From: an uncultured Polynucleobacter sp.
GTDB lineage: Bacteria; Bdellovibrionota_B; Oligoflexia; Oligoflexales; RGVZ01
Direction: 5' to 3'
NCBI GenBank assembly: GCA_964402975.1
Contig: CAYOEM010000002.1
Location: 156,729-220,728 of the forward strand
DNA length: 64,000 nt
The translations under genes were made by a program, and so were the position numbers. Positions 16,888-29,400 of this stretch are shown here, piece after piece (positions within the stretch are counted from its first letter, which is position 1; the number at the start of each line of letters is the position of its first letter). Below the pieces are notes generated by a model. That model saw only the letters and a program-made list of their open reading frames with translations. It searched no databases and was not told the DNA's origin.

Positions 16888-17420
16888 GCTTTCGAAACCT
16901 AGTTCTAGTCTGTTTGTTAATGGCAGGAGTTGCTTGGATAGCCGTGGTTAAATTTGACGGCTCACGCGACTCGACCTCAACGGAGACAACTACGACATTT
17001 GATGCCGACCCGAAGCAAAACACCGAAGCTGCCGGTGGCGAAGCGTCGACCGAGCAAGCTGAAGTAAAGCCTACCGATATGGCCTCTCCCGACCAAAATG
17101 AGACGGTAAAAACCAAAGACCTTTCGGTGGGAGCAACAAAACTCGCCACGGAGGGAAGTCGCATCACCTATAACGTCGTTATCAAACTAATGGACGGCAA
17201 GGTTGTCTTTGATTCCTACAAAGACAAACCCTGGACCGGCACTCTCGGGAATGGTTCAATCCTAACTGGGCTGGACAAGGGCATTCGAGGCATGTACCAG
17301 GGCGGAAAGAGGGCTATTTGGATTCCCTCATACCTAGCGTACGGCCCCTTTGGAATAAAGCCGCACATCCCACCTCACGCGAAACTCTACGCTGAGGTGG
17401 AACTTTTGACGGTGTTTTAA
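16884..17420 (+). CDS. Membrane-anchored FKBP-type peptidyl-prolyl cis-trans isomerase
   Basis: The C-terminal domain GSRITYNVVIKLMDGKVVFDSY...TGLDKGIRGMYQGGKRAIWIPSYLAYGP...LYAEVELLTV is a classic FKBP fold. I prefer the GTG at 16884 (GGAGGGGAG RBS, GTGA overlap with the upstream stop) over the track's TTG at 16845. Confidence 0.8.
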   Translation: MSFRNLVLVCLLMAGVAWIAVVKFDGSRDSTSTETTTTFDADPKQNTEAAGGEASTEQAEVKPTDMASPDQNETVKTKDLSVGATKLATEGSRITYNVVIKLMDGKVVFDSYKDKPWTGTLGNGSILTGLDKGIRGMYQGGKRAIWIPSYLAYGPFGIKPHIPPHAKLYAEVELLTVF

Positions 17421-17440
17421 AGATCTAAAAATCTATCGCA

Positions 17441-20400
17441 TTATTTTCCGGAAGATGTTGTTCCTCGACCTCTCATACCAGTAATACCAACGTGCCCGAT
17501 GGCAGATAAACCGCCGCCCAAGTTACTAATCGATGATGTTACCCAAGATCCACTGTTGTTGGTGCCGAGCATGAAGCTATTACTATCCTTATAAACTACA
17601 TAAGCTCGACCGAAGCTGTCAAAGGCTAGCGATTGTTCAGAATAAGCGGCGCTGCCACCTGCCACTTGAGTATTGACGCCACTGCCAGATCTATTCGTCC
17701 AGAAGTTTACGCACGTCGTACTAGGATTAACGCATTGGCTGGCTACCTGACTTTCCCAAGCAATTCCAATAGCGTTTGAATTTTGACGATCTACCATGAT
17801 TGAAGGGCGCTCACTGTCAGCTAACCCGGAGCAAGACGACGACTTAATAGTTCCGACTGTGGACCACGCACCAGGCGATGAGAAAGAACCAGCCGAATAG
17901 GTTATATCTCCGTAATAAACACCACAACTGGTTGCCAAGCTACATACAATCGCAACACTTATTGTATTGTCATTCTTAGCAACAGCCGAAACTTTCTGCA
18001 CCGACGTACACCCCGACGGCAAGCTTGATATCGTGGAAGATGCGATACCCATATTCACGATCCTGAGTGTTCCATTTAGAGCGGTTAAACCGAAGATAGT
18101 TGAAGGCGCTATCGCTACCGCAGCATCTGTAAACTGCCCGCTTGATCCTGCAATTTGCCTTGATCCACTCCCAGTAGACATATAGAAACCATAGCTCGTT
18201 CCAGAACCAGCAATGTAAGAAGTAACTATCGTTGGAAGCGCATTAATCGCGATTTCATTAAATGAACCTGTATCCATAGAAGACGTGTTCGCTAACGTCT
18301 GAACGGTCGTTTCTGTCGACCAATTATTGGCAGATGATCGATAGCGGTATTTCAAAGCTGTATTCGTACCGTCATTCACCTTAAAACTGACGAAAGGATC
18401 ACCGCTTTCGTCAAGTTGTAGAGACGTTCTATCATCATAAGTTATTCCACTTGCATTGGCTGCAACTGTCTCCGAAGTCCATGCTAGGTTTTGATAACGC
18501 GCGTACATAACGCTATTGCTGTTTGTGTAAGAGAAGTGAACGATGTCAGTCTCTACCTCAAACGAGCTGGTGATCATACCTGATTTGTTAGTCGCCTGAT
18601 CCGACACATACATACAGATGTAATACAGCCCATCGTTAAGAGCAGTCAATGCCTGGGTTTGAGTCGTGTTTGCAACGCCCGCTATACTTGCATAAGACTG
18701 AAGTCTATTGCCCACGGTACACGTCGAATTAGTTGCAATATAAAGCTCAATAGTATGGTTGTCACTGGCTGTAACCCATGCCGGAGTTGTCCATGTTACA
18801 GTTGGAGTCGATGTTGAAACTTGACTTGCTGGACCCGTAATGGTCATAGCAGCAGGCGCCACGGTATCTTTAATCCATTGCGACACGGTCGCATCTGCAG
18901 CGGACTGTCTGTTGCCAGCTGCGTCCTCAGCCTGGGTACATAACGTGATTGTACCGTCAGCAAGGCCCGAGATATTAATGCTGACCGAGCTGGTGTTAGC
19001 CACTGCCGTGTAAGTTTGACCTGCACAGGAGTTGTTACCTGCTGTCACACTGTAATAATACTTAGCCGTATCCGTTGTCGTCGGTTGAATAGTAAATGAT
19101 GTATTATCAGTTGCACCGACCCTTGAGCGGTTTCCAGGGGGATTTGTCGAGAACGCTAGTGTCGGCGTCACAGTATCAACCACAAGCGTATTAGCAGGCG
19201 AGTAATAGTTTACGTTGCCAGCCACGTCTGTCATTCTGACACATGCTCTGTAAGTGTTGTCAACGCCTATATTTGACATATTAACGAGTGTCGTGCTGTA
19301 GCCTGTCATAGCTGCGCAAGTTGCTGCTGTTCCAATTGCATACTCGATTGTGCCATCACTCGTGACTGCAACTGAAAGGATTGGATTGGCAGCTGTTTTC
19401 TCAGCAGCATTAATGAAGAAACTCGAAAAATTCGAAGCATCATTGATCCAATCAAAGCCTGACGTTCTGGTCGGCAGACTCGTGTCACGAATAATATCAG
19501 AAGAAATCGCATATGAGTAGTTCAGCGCGGCATCTTGGACCCTTACACATACCCGGTACGTCGCATCTGATGCAAGGTTGCCATTTGGAGTCGGAACAGT
19601 GCTGGAATAGCTTCCTGCAGCAAGTGCCGAACAGTTCGCTGCAGTCGTAGCAGTTGTTGTCACTTGATAAACCGCATTAGTACCATCACCACCAGAGTAG
19701 GACACCAAGGCAGTGGTGAGGGCTTTCTCGCTATCATTAATATAGCCACCAACTGCGGCATTGGCTAAGCTCAACGTTCCCAAGGTCGGGAGCACTGTGT
19801 CTAGCACAATGTCCCCTGAAGCGACATAGCCCACGTTGCCAGCCGTATCTTGAGCCATCATACAAATTTTGTAGGTTCCCTGCCCGCTGAAATCAGTTGA
19901 GGACGGCGTGGGTATTGTTGTCTGGGTGCTAGATCCCACCGCAGCATTATCGCAGGTAGTCGTAGACGCGATCACTTTGTAACGTTTAGATCCTGCAACC
20001 ATATCAGCTGAAATACTGCTTTCCGTAGCCATCGCTAGCTGCGTTGTGCTTGACCTCGCATCAGCATTGACATACCCATTCACTGCTGCGTTCGCTAGGC
20101 TAAATGTTAGTGTAGGAGCTGCCAAATCAACGACAAGGTTTTGACTATCCGACGTTGCCGCGTACGAAACGTTACCGGTCTCGTCCGTTATTTTGACGCA
20201 TGCTTTGTATGTTCCGCTGGCTGTAAATGTCGTCTTATTCGGCATTGTGGAGGACCAAGTGGTCAGATCACTGCAATTTGTACTTGTAGTGCTCGTAGTC
20301 GCATAAGTGAATGAACTTGCGGGCAAACTAAGCAACACTGCGCTTCTGGTCGCCGTCGGTGCTGTCAAGATCGCACCTGCTTGTGCCTTTTCATCAATGT

Positions 20401-23400
20401 TTAAGAAGTAGTTTGCGGCATCGCCGGTCCATTGGAAGGTACCTGCTGTCAACTGTGCCGCAACCGTCTGACGATTGATGCTGCTCGCGGCCTGACCAAA
20501 CCTGACGTTACCAGCGATGTCTTCTAGTCTAACGCATAGATACCATATACCATCCGAGTTCAAGTTCGAGATCTTCGGCATCGCGCCGTAAGTTATAGTC
20601 CCATCACAGGTGGTGTTTTTCGTCACAGCATAAGTTATTGGGTTGGTTGTGGCATCAGCACCAGAGCTATTTAACGTGTTACCCACATCACTGGTCGTTA
20701 CGGTCGTATTGTTAACAGCAGTGACAGGTACGTTTATACTCGTAAATACAGGGAGCGTTCTATCTATGATGATATTGTTAGACACGGAGTACCCTACGTT
20801 TCCGGCGAGGTCTACTATGCGCATACAGACCCGGTAGGTGCCTTCCGCTAAACTCGCCATTCCAGCCGAGGACGGGGTCGGGATTGTGGTGCTCATACCT
20901 GTCACTGAAGCGTCACAGGCTGTAGCAAGCGGAATGACTGCATACTGCGGAACGTCTGTCGATAAGAGGGTTTCAGCGCCCACGGCTGCCGCCACGAGAT
21001 CAGTGGTTAGACTCTTCTCACCATCGTTTATGTAACCCCCGACTGCAGCATTGGCCAAAGCAGCCGTTGCGGTTGGAGCAACTGTATCTATTGTGATGCT
21101 GCGGTTTGATAGGGCATTTGCGCCAGTCGTTGGAACACCTGCGTTACTCGCCGCAGTGCCAGTTGTACCTGTATTGTCTACAATAGACGAGATATTAGTG
21201 AATGGAGTGGCATTGTCGGCATTCAAGATCACGCCACTAGCAGTGCCAGAGGCATCACCAGCTGTAATCGTGTATGAAGCTGCCACTGTGACACTACCAG
21301 AGCCGTTATTGTTGTAGGTATTTGGCGTCAAAGCTGCGGTTCTTGTAACGTTTCCTGTGCCGCGTATATTTAGGTTCATTGTGGGTGAACCACTCACGGT
21401 AAGATTAAACGAACTGCGATTAAAGTTGCCGGCATCTTTTGTAAATACTATCGAGATAGGAATGTTTGCCTGAGCCGTAGCACCGCAGAACCCAACGCGG
21501 CAATTACTATTTGCAGCTACTGATGATGTGATGCTTGCGACATACGGAGCCTGCTGATCCCAGCGAATATTCAAATCCGACGTGGAGCTATTTGATGCTC
21601 GGTCGGTAACCGTTAGACGTACGGTTACCGTACCCCAGTTCGTGTTTGGAACACTAGGTGTGCTACAACCGGTTGCAGAAATTGAGGTGTCTTTGGCAGT
21701 TGCCGCAGTGAAACTTGCCCCCGTACAACGTCCATCGGGGCTACTGACGTAGGACCATGCGTAAGTCATATTTGCAACAGCATCTATGTTATCACTGACG
21801 TTCGGAGCAGCTGCGTGAGCTGAATTGACTGTCACTTGGGACATCGCTGCAATCGTTGGGGCAGCTGTGTCTTTGGTCCATGATCGCGAGGTAGGCGATC
21901 CTACATCTTGCACGTTACCTGCTTCGTCTCTACCAAGTACACATAGCGTGTACTGGCCATCGGTGAGAGGTAATGTATCAGTGATACGCGTACCGACTGC
22001 TCTAAATGCCGAGTAGCCTCCAATCGCCGCTGGACATGTGGACCCGCTCACGATGGCGTACGCATAGTGTGTCACCAATGCTGGATTATTAGTGTCATCA
22101 ATTAACACGCCCGGACTCGCCAGACTCGTCAGATTAGAGTAGGTATTAGCAGCCGGCAATCCGCTGTTAATTCTCGCTGAGGTAGCCGAGCTTTTCCAAG
22201 TAAATGCTTTGGATACGAGTGTTGATTGGTTTTGAGAACTATCTGTAACTCTAGCCCTCAAAGTATAAGCGGCACCATCCACAAAGCTGCCATCGGCAAT
22301 TTCGTACTTCCACGACGTTGTGCCAGTTGCCTGCAGCCAGGTCTCAGTGGTGCTCCAGCCACTACCTGTCCAGTATTGGCTATTGCTGGTTCTCTGAAGT
22401 GTTATGTCCACTCTATTGACACCAGAGGTCGCGTCACTAGCGGTTCCTTGAAACACTGTTGTTGTCGACGTGTTGACAGTGGCCGTATGGGTCGCAGGGG
22501 TGACGGGGCCAATATAAGTGACACTAGATGCAGGGACTGAGATCGCTGCTGTTGGTGCCACGTTGTCGACAACTAGTTTATAAGTTGCATCGCTTGAAGC
22601 GGTACGCCGCGGCGTACCAGGAGCTGTGCCCGTATAACCATTCGCTCGAACACAGATGTAAAACGTGCCATTTTGGTTACCCGGGAAGTTCGCAGACGTT
22701 GCGGTTGTCGCGCTTGCGATTGGTGTCGGAACTTCGCATGCCGTAGTCGTACCATAGGTTACTGTATAGTCCCGTGCACCAAGAGAGGATCCCCAGCTAA
22801 ATAAAGGCCCTGTGCCTGGGTTTATGACATCTTTTACTGTACTGTCGGATGCTGGCGTACCCACCGCAAATGTGCCTGGATTTACAGTTCCGCTAATAGT
22901 CTGTTGTGCTAGTACAGTATTTCCACTGAGGGTTGACGTCGAACCCAAAGTAAGAGTCGGCGAGTTGGCCTGACTATCATTATAGTAGACTGTATCATTT
23001 GCCGCACCAGAGGCGATCGTTCTTTGGCCAGAAGTGATTGGAGTCTGACAGGTCGCGTCTGAATAGAACTTACCGTTAGCGATGGGACTAGTGCTCGACA
23101 GATTTACAGTTGAACTGGCTGTTGTGGGCGTATCATTTTGCCACTTATCTTGAAATTTGTAAGTAATAGCAGCACAGTTTGGCGTCTCAGCACCGGTACC
23201 AGCGGCGAAAACTGTGAACGCACTCGAGGTAATAGCAAAGCGTTTAGTAGGACCAGCAGTAATTTGTCCAGTTCTAGAACTGGTCAAAGATCCGAGTGTT
23301 GCACTGATAGTGGCGCCATTGGCAGCCGTTACACCGCGGTTTGCATACCAGACATCTACGGAATTAGCGTCTTTAGCTATGAATGCGGTACGTGTTCCAT

Positions 23401-26400
23401 TGGATCCAGCTAATGGAGTGGTGTGGAAGGTGCCGGTATTCATAGAGGAACCGTCACCACCGGCCTGCGCAAGTTGACAGTTCGCAAGTGAATCGTAGAA
23501 TTCACCGAAACCGCCCGTAGACTGGAATGTGATCCCAGTAGCAGCCGTTACATTGACTGGGTTGTTGGCGTTGTCTTGAGCCTGCAATGTAAACTTTTGG
23601 CAAGCTTCCGTATTTTGGTTAATGGTCGCTGGCGACGATAACCAGACGAATTTTTGGATGGCACCTGGTTTCACAGTATATTGGCCACTGGTAAACGACG
23701 TACAGCCACCGACGTTTGGCAACCCAGAACAGTCAGCTGTCACCGTACCAAAGCCTTGCAGTGTCGGCCTCAGAACCGTTGTAAAGCCGGATGATGGTGT
23801 TAGTTTGCCACTGAGCTGGTCTGAGCCCGTCCACGACACGCTGAAGGTATTGCCTTTCCAGTTGCCGAAGCCATCAAACATATGGGCGTAAAGAGTCAAG
23901 TTAGCATCGGTCGTAACGTCTTGAGAGGTTGTTACTTCCTGAGCAGCATTGTAACTGATGTCGGTCGTGACCCTCACATAACCGTGATTGGTATTTGCAA
24001 CAGGCGTCAAAGTGGCTGTCGTTGTAAGATTGGAAGTTCCACCTGTGACTCGCAGAACTGGGGATTCCCCTGTGCGGTACAGGAAGAAGTCATTGCCAGA
24101 AGTGTAGGAACCATTGTTGATCGTTCCAGATGTTCGGCTAGTAGCAACTGGATCAAAGACGCTCGCGTTTTTAGGATTTGAAATACTTGGGCTTGCATTT
24201 GTCCAGGTAAACGCCAAGCTTTCACTGGGGTGATTCAGCACTACGTTGCCAAATGTGTCTAGCGCTCTCACCGTCACAGCAAATCCTACACCCGCTTGCG
24301 GCGACGAGGGCGCTGTTATTGCAAATGAGCTCGCCAGGGCGTTGGAAACGGCAATCGACTGGGGAGAACTTGCTCGAGTTGAGCCACCAGCTCCACCGAT
24401 TCCGGAAACTGGTGGGCTGTAGTTATCCTGAACAGCGAACGACACGGTCTCCGCCTTCCTGAAGGTGACATTTAGGGATTCTGATACGCCATTGCTGAAG
24501 TTAATACTGTTTGCGACTGTCGATGGGTAGGTAGGCGCAGGGGATGCGCTAGCTCCGCTCCAAGAGAATGCTTGAGCTCTTAATGCCGTATCGATATTTC
24601 TTGCGACGTTATTTGCACGATCCCGAGCAGTAATAGTAAACGGCTGCGCATTACCCGCCACATGTCCACCGATAGTGGACATACTGTAGCTATAGACCAT
24701 GTCAATACTTGGCGCGAATGTATGATACGTCAGACCCCATTTGGTCGTCTGGTTGGCGATCGAGTATGATACGATGTGATTACCAACGCGGTGGAAAAGT
24801 CCTGGGACGGTAATACCAGCTGAGTTTGAGACGTCAACGATTAGGTCGTTATTGGCATTTTTTGTAAGGCTACTTGGAGTTTGCTCAAGCCAGCCCTTAT
24901 TGGCACCTCCAGCAGTTCCATCGATTAAATCCACTTGCAGGACTTCAGTGGCATTGCCGGCTCTTTGGTTTTTATACTGGTCGTAAGGTCTAATCGCCAT
25001 TGTAAAGCGATCAGTTGCAGATGCAAGAATGGACGCAGGGCTTCCCGACGTACCCGTACAAGAATCGCCAACCGCAATTGCACCACCAGTATCTTTGGTG
25101 CAGCTTAGTTGGTACGTTAAGCTCGTGCCTGCGGAAACAGTCGTTGTCGACAAGTTATTTGAAGAAACAGCTGGCGACTGGTCATCTCTCAGGTTAATTG
25201 TCAAACCAGTTTCTGCCTTTGTAAATGCCCATCGAATTGTGGCTGTACCAGCATTGAATCTAGCAGAAAGTTTTCCCAGTCCAGCTGCCGGACTTGTGGC
25301 TGGTGCGGTCAAATCCGGTGCCACGTGAGAACTGAGCAAGTTAGTTCCGTCTGTCCACGTAAACGTTAAGCTGTTAAGGTCTGAGTCAGCCCCAATGATC
25401 GTCGCTCCTGAGTTGTCAACAGCAGTTACAGAAACAGTGGCATCCTGACCAGCAACAGCTGTCGATGGCGCTGTTACAAGGTATTCTTTGACCGTCTTTC
25501 TGGACGTAGCAGCGAACATCATGGTCGAGAAGCCAGAGGCTAAGAATGGCTTACTGTTCGCGTCGGTCGCTCTAACAAAGAAGCTCTGACCACCGATGTC
25601 AACGGCCAACGCACTTACCGTAACACTATCGCTATTAGTAATAACCGGGCTTAAACACGTTGTGCCATTGGCTGGCGATGCTGTCGCCGAGCAAATCAAC
25701 GACCTCCCTGCCGCCGTCGTACCGTCAGATTGAACCAATGATAGATTCACCGTCTGGCTAGTCGAGGTGACTGGGTTACCAAAGATATCTCGGGCATAGA
25801 CCGTTACGTCAAACCTGTTACCACCAGCATTTGCATAGGTATTAGTAGACCCAGGGGCCGACCAAGCTTGAGTGCTATTGGCTTGCGGGCTACTGGAGAG
25901 GCCGGTGATGGCAGTTACATAATGATCCAGTGTCTTAGCCGCAACTGAAGCGAGTTTTAGGCCGCTGCCCCCAATCGTGATACCAGACTGGAGTGGGTCA
26001 CTATAGGTTACAGACAACAGCGGCAATGTGGCACCGAAGGTGCCAGCTTTATAAACTTTTCCAAAGAAGTTCGAGCAACCAGCCGCAAACTGAACCGCAC
26101 GAGCTCCCGCAGCAGCGCCACTGTAGCTGCCACCACCGAGAGTCGACAGATCAAGGGCGATTTTTTCGGCTGTATTGGTAATGTTAATTGCAGCGAACGT
26201 CAGCGTTAGCGAGGCATCTGGGTTGGTGATGGTGTTGTTATTGCCATCGACCACAGTCTGCGTAATAACCTGGTTTTTGCTATCCCGCATACAGATCTTA
26301 AGCGGGATTTCATCGCCGGCCGTCACAGCAGCGCCTTCCAATGGACTGGACGCATGCTCAATGGAGAACGATGCCAGAGGCGCTGACTTGACGCCGATGT

Positions 26401-29400
26401 CACCCGTTTTATCATCAATACAGCCCGTAATCGACGTCGAGCAGGTCGCAAAAATTTTACCAGTACCGGTAGCGGCCGGTGTCACGGTCGTGAATGTACC
26501 CGTTGTTGGGCTGACGTTGGCGCTGAGCGCTCCAGACCCAGACCAAGCCAAACTAGTTGAATTGCCTTTATAGTTACCGTAAGCATCAAACATGTGGGCA
26601 TAGAGATTCAGAGTCTGGTTATTACTGAAGGTAAGAGCTTGTTCACTCATGTTGTTAGCATCACTGAACGTATCAGATTTGGCTATTTTTACATAAGACA
26701 ACGCTGCAGCCGGCTGGGTCGTAAAGTTTAGTGTCTTGCTGAGAGCCGTGCCAAGCTTCGTGCCAGATGTTACCGACCCGCTAACGCTCAATGTTGAAAC
26801 TTCCTGCGGGGTCAGCGAGTAAAGGTTTGAACGGTAAAGTTTAAATGGCGCACCTGACGTGCTGAACACACCATTCGTGAACGTTGCCGACACTGGGTTG
26901 GTCGCTGGCAGACCTGGGCTAAACACGGTTGCCGTTTTGGGGTTGGTAATACTATTACTTGCGCCACTCCAGCTAAATGTCAGAGTGTCTGCAGTCCAGC
27001 TCGTTGCTGGGTTGAGGTAATCGTCAAGAGCAGTCACCGTTACATCAAATCCAGAACCAGCCGCAGGCGTCGTTGAATTAGATGACACCGCATATTGACT
27101 TGGTTTAGCGTGGGTAACGGTTCTATTGCCGCCGGTGTAGGTCCAACGATAGGGGTTTCCTAATTCGCCGCCATTTCCTGCCGTACCGTTGTAGTTGTCT
27201 TTGAACATGAACTGTTGTTGGATTAGGATTTCGGCTTTGTAGAACGTCAGCGTCATATTTCCGGTCGTACCGGAGTCACTAAATGTCAGCGTAGCAGGGT
27301 ACGTTGGTCCTGTGTTGCCAGTTGGTACCCCGGGGAGAACTGGAGCTTGACCGTTCGGTGCAACCCCAACGCCTGTCCAAGAATAAGATTGCTGGTTTAA
27401 CGCAGCGCCAATATTGGTCACAGGGTTACCTGCATTATCTCGCGCTACGATAGAAACCGTGTACGGGAAACCCGCCGTAATAGTCGTGTCGTTAAAGCCA
27501 GAAATAGAGTATCCAGCTACCGAGTCAATGGTTGGAGAGTAGGTATGGTAAACAGATGAATACAGACCGTCGACGGTGGCGCCTACCGCTGCGATGCCGA
27601 TTGATACAGTTTGCGCAGCAGAGCGGCGGAATAGATTGGGTACCGTCGTTTGGTTAACGCCACTCATGGGCACTACCAAGTTATTTTCTGGCCAGGATTC
27701 ACTAAGCACAAGTGGGTGTTGTTCGATCCTACCAACTGCAGCAGCACCGCTAACACGTGTCACCTGCAGTTGAGGGTTGGCAGTGATCGTTTTCGGGTTT
27801 TTATATTGGTCATAGACTTTAATCGTGAGACTATACTTGTCGGCTGCTGATCCCGTCATTGCCACTGGTGAGCCGCTAGTACCCGTACAGTCGCTACTAT
27901 CGCTGGCACGACTACAAGTGAGCTCGTACCAGGTCTGACCACCCACACCCACATCAGTAGTCGACGATGTGTTTGATGTAACCGAAGTCGATTGGTTATC
28001 GGCGACATTGATCTTAAGGCCCGTTTCGACCTTCGTGAGAGTGATTTTTCGACTTGCACTACCACCGCTAAAGCTCAACGCACCAGGGCTAACGCCGGCT
28101 GGAGCCTGACCACCAGGAGCTGTGTGTGTCGAAAGGGCAAGTTTGGTGGGTGTCGCACCGTCGAGCCAGCTAAATGATAATCCGCTGAGGGCTGCATCTG
28201 CGCCCTGGACGTTGGCGCCTGTCGCGTCTTTTGCTACAATACCAACTGTAAATTCGCTACCAGCAGGGACACTGCTTGGTGCAGTAACTACGTATTGGGC
28301 TACAGTCTTTTCACTAGAAACTGCGTAAGCGGCCGAGTTGACAACATCCAACACTGAACCAATACCGCCAGACGACGCATAAGGATAGAACGTAAACCCG
28401 CCCACATCAATTGCAAGGTTACTAAACGTGATATCTGATCCAGTTAAAGTCTGGGTCAAACACGACGTGTCACCGTAGGTTTTACCCGGACAGATCAGCG
28501 TCCGTGTTCTCGGGTTCACCCTGTCGGCCGCATAGGTGGAGAGAGTAATAGATTGGCCGGAAACCGTCACAGAGTTACCATAGAGGTCTTCTGCAAAGAC
28601 GCGAACATCAAACTTGCTGCCGCCGTCTTTGGCGTAAACATTTGGACCAGGTATGCCCCAGGCAGGGACGCTATTAGCTTGTGGCGTGCTCGCCGCATTC
28701 ATGACAATGGGCCGGAAGTGATCAAGACCAAGTGGCGTAACCGCCTGGACTTTAAGACCAGTACCCAAAACAGTAATACCGCCCTGTAGCGTTGCTGTAT
28801 GGGTAATATTCAATAGAGCGGCACTGTTGTAGGTATTGGTAGCGAATAGTTTAGCGTTAAAGGCCGCACAGCCCTGAATGAACGGCAGATTGACAGCACC
28901 AGACGTAAATCTGTTGGCCGTGTAAGAAGCCCCTGTGCCGGTTGAATAGTCGATCGTTAATTGTCCTACGCTCTTAACGTTTAGATCTGAGAACGTCAGA
29001 GGCAGCGACACGGGTGTGCCCACAGTGCCCGCTTGGGTTCTTAAGACGCCATTGACATAGACATCTTGCGTGATGCGTTGACCAGCGCCGTCAACCATAC
29101 AGACGCGCATCGGAATCTCTGTTCCCGCAGGCACCGTGCCGCCTTCGGCAAGGATTCCAGTGCCCGTATGTTCAATAACGAACGATTTCAGAGGCGACGC
29201 GCCCACACTGACAATACCCGTGGTGTCTTGCTTACAGTTCGCATTGAGTGCCGTACAGCTTGCAGTAACAAAGCCTGTACCCACTTCCGTCGCTGTCAGG
29301 GTCGTGACGGCCGCCGAGGTTGGCGTCATTTTATTAGCGAGTTTATCCGTACCAGACCAGGATACAGGTGACGTGTTGCCGCTATAGTTACCAAACGGGT

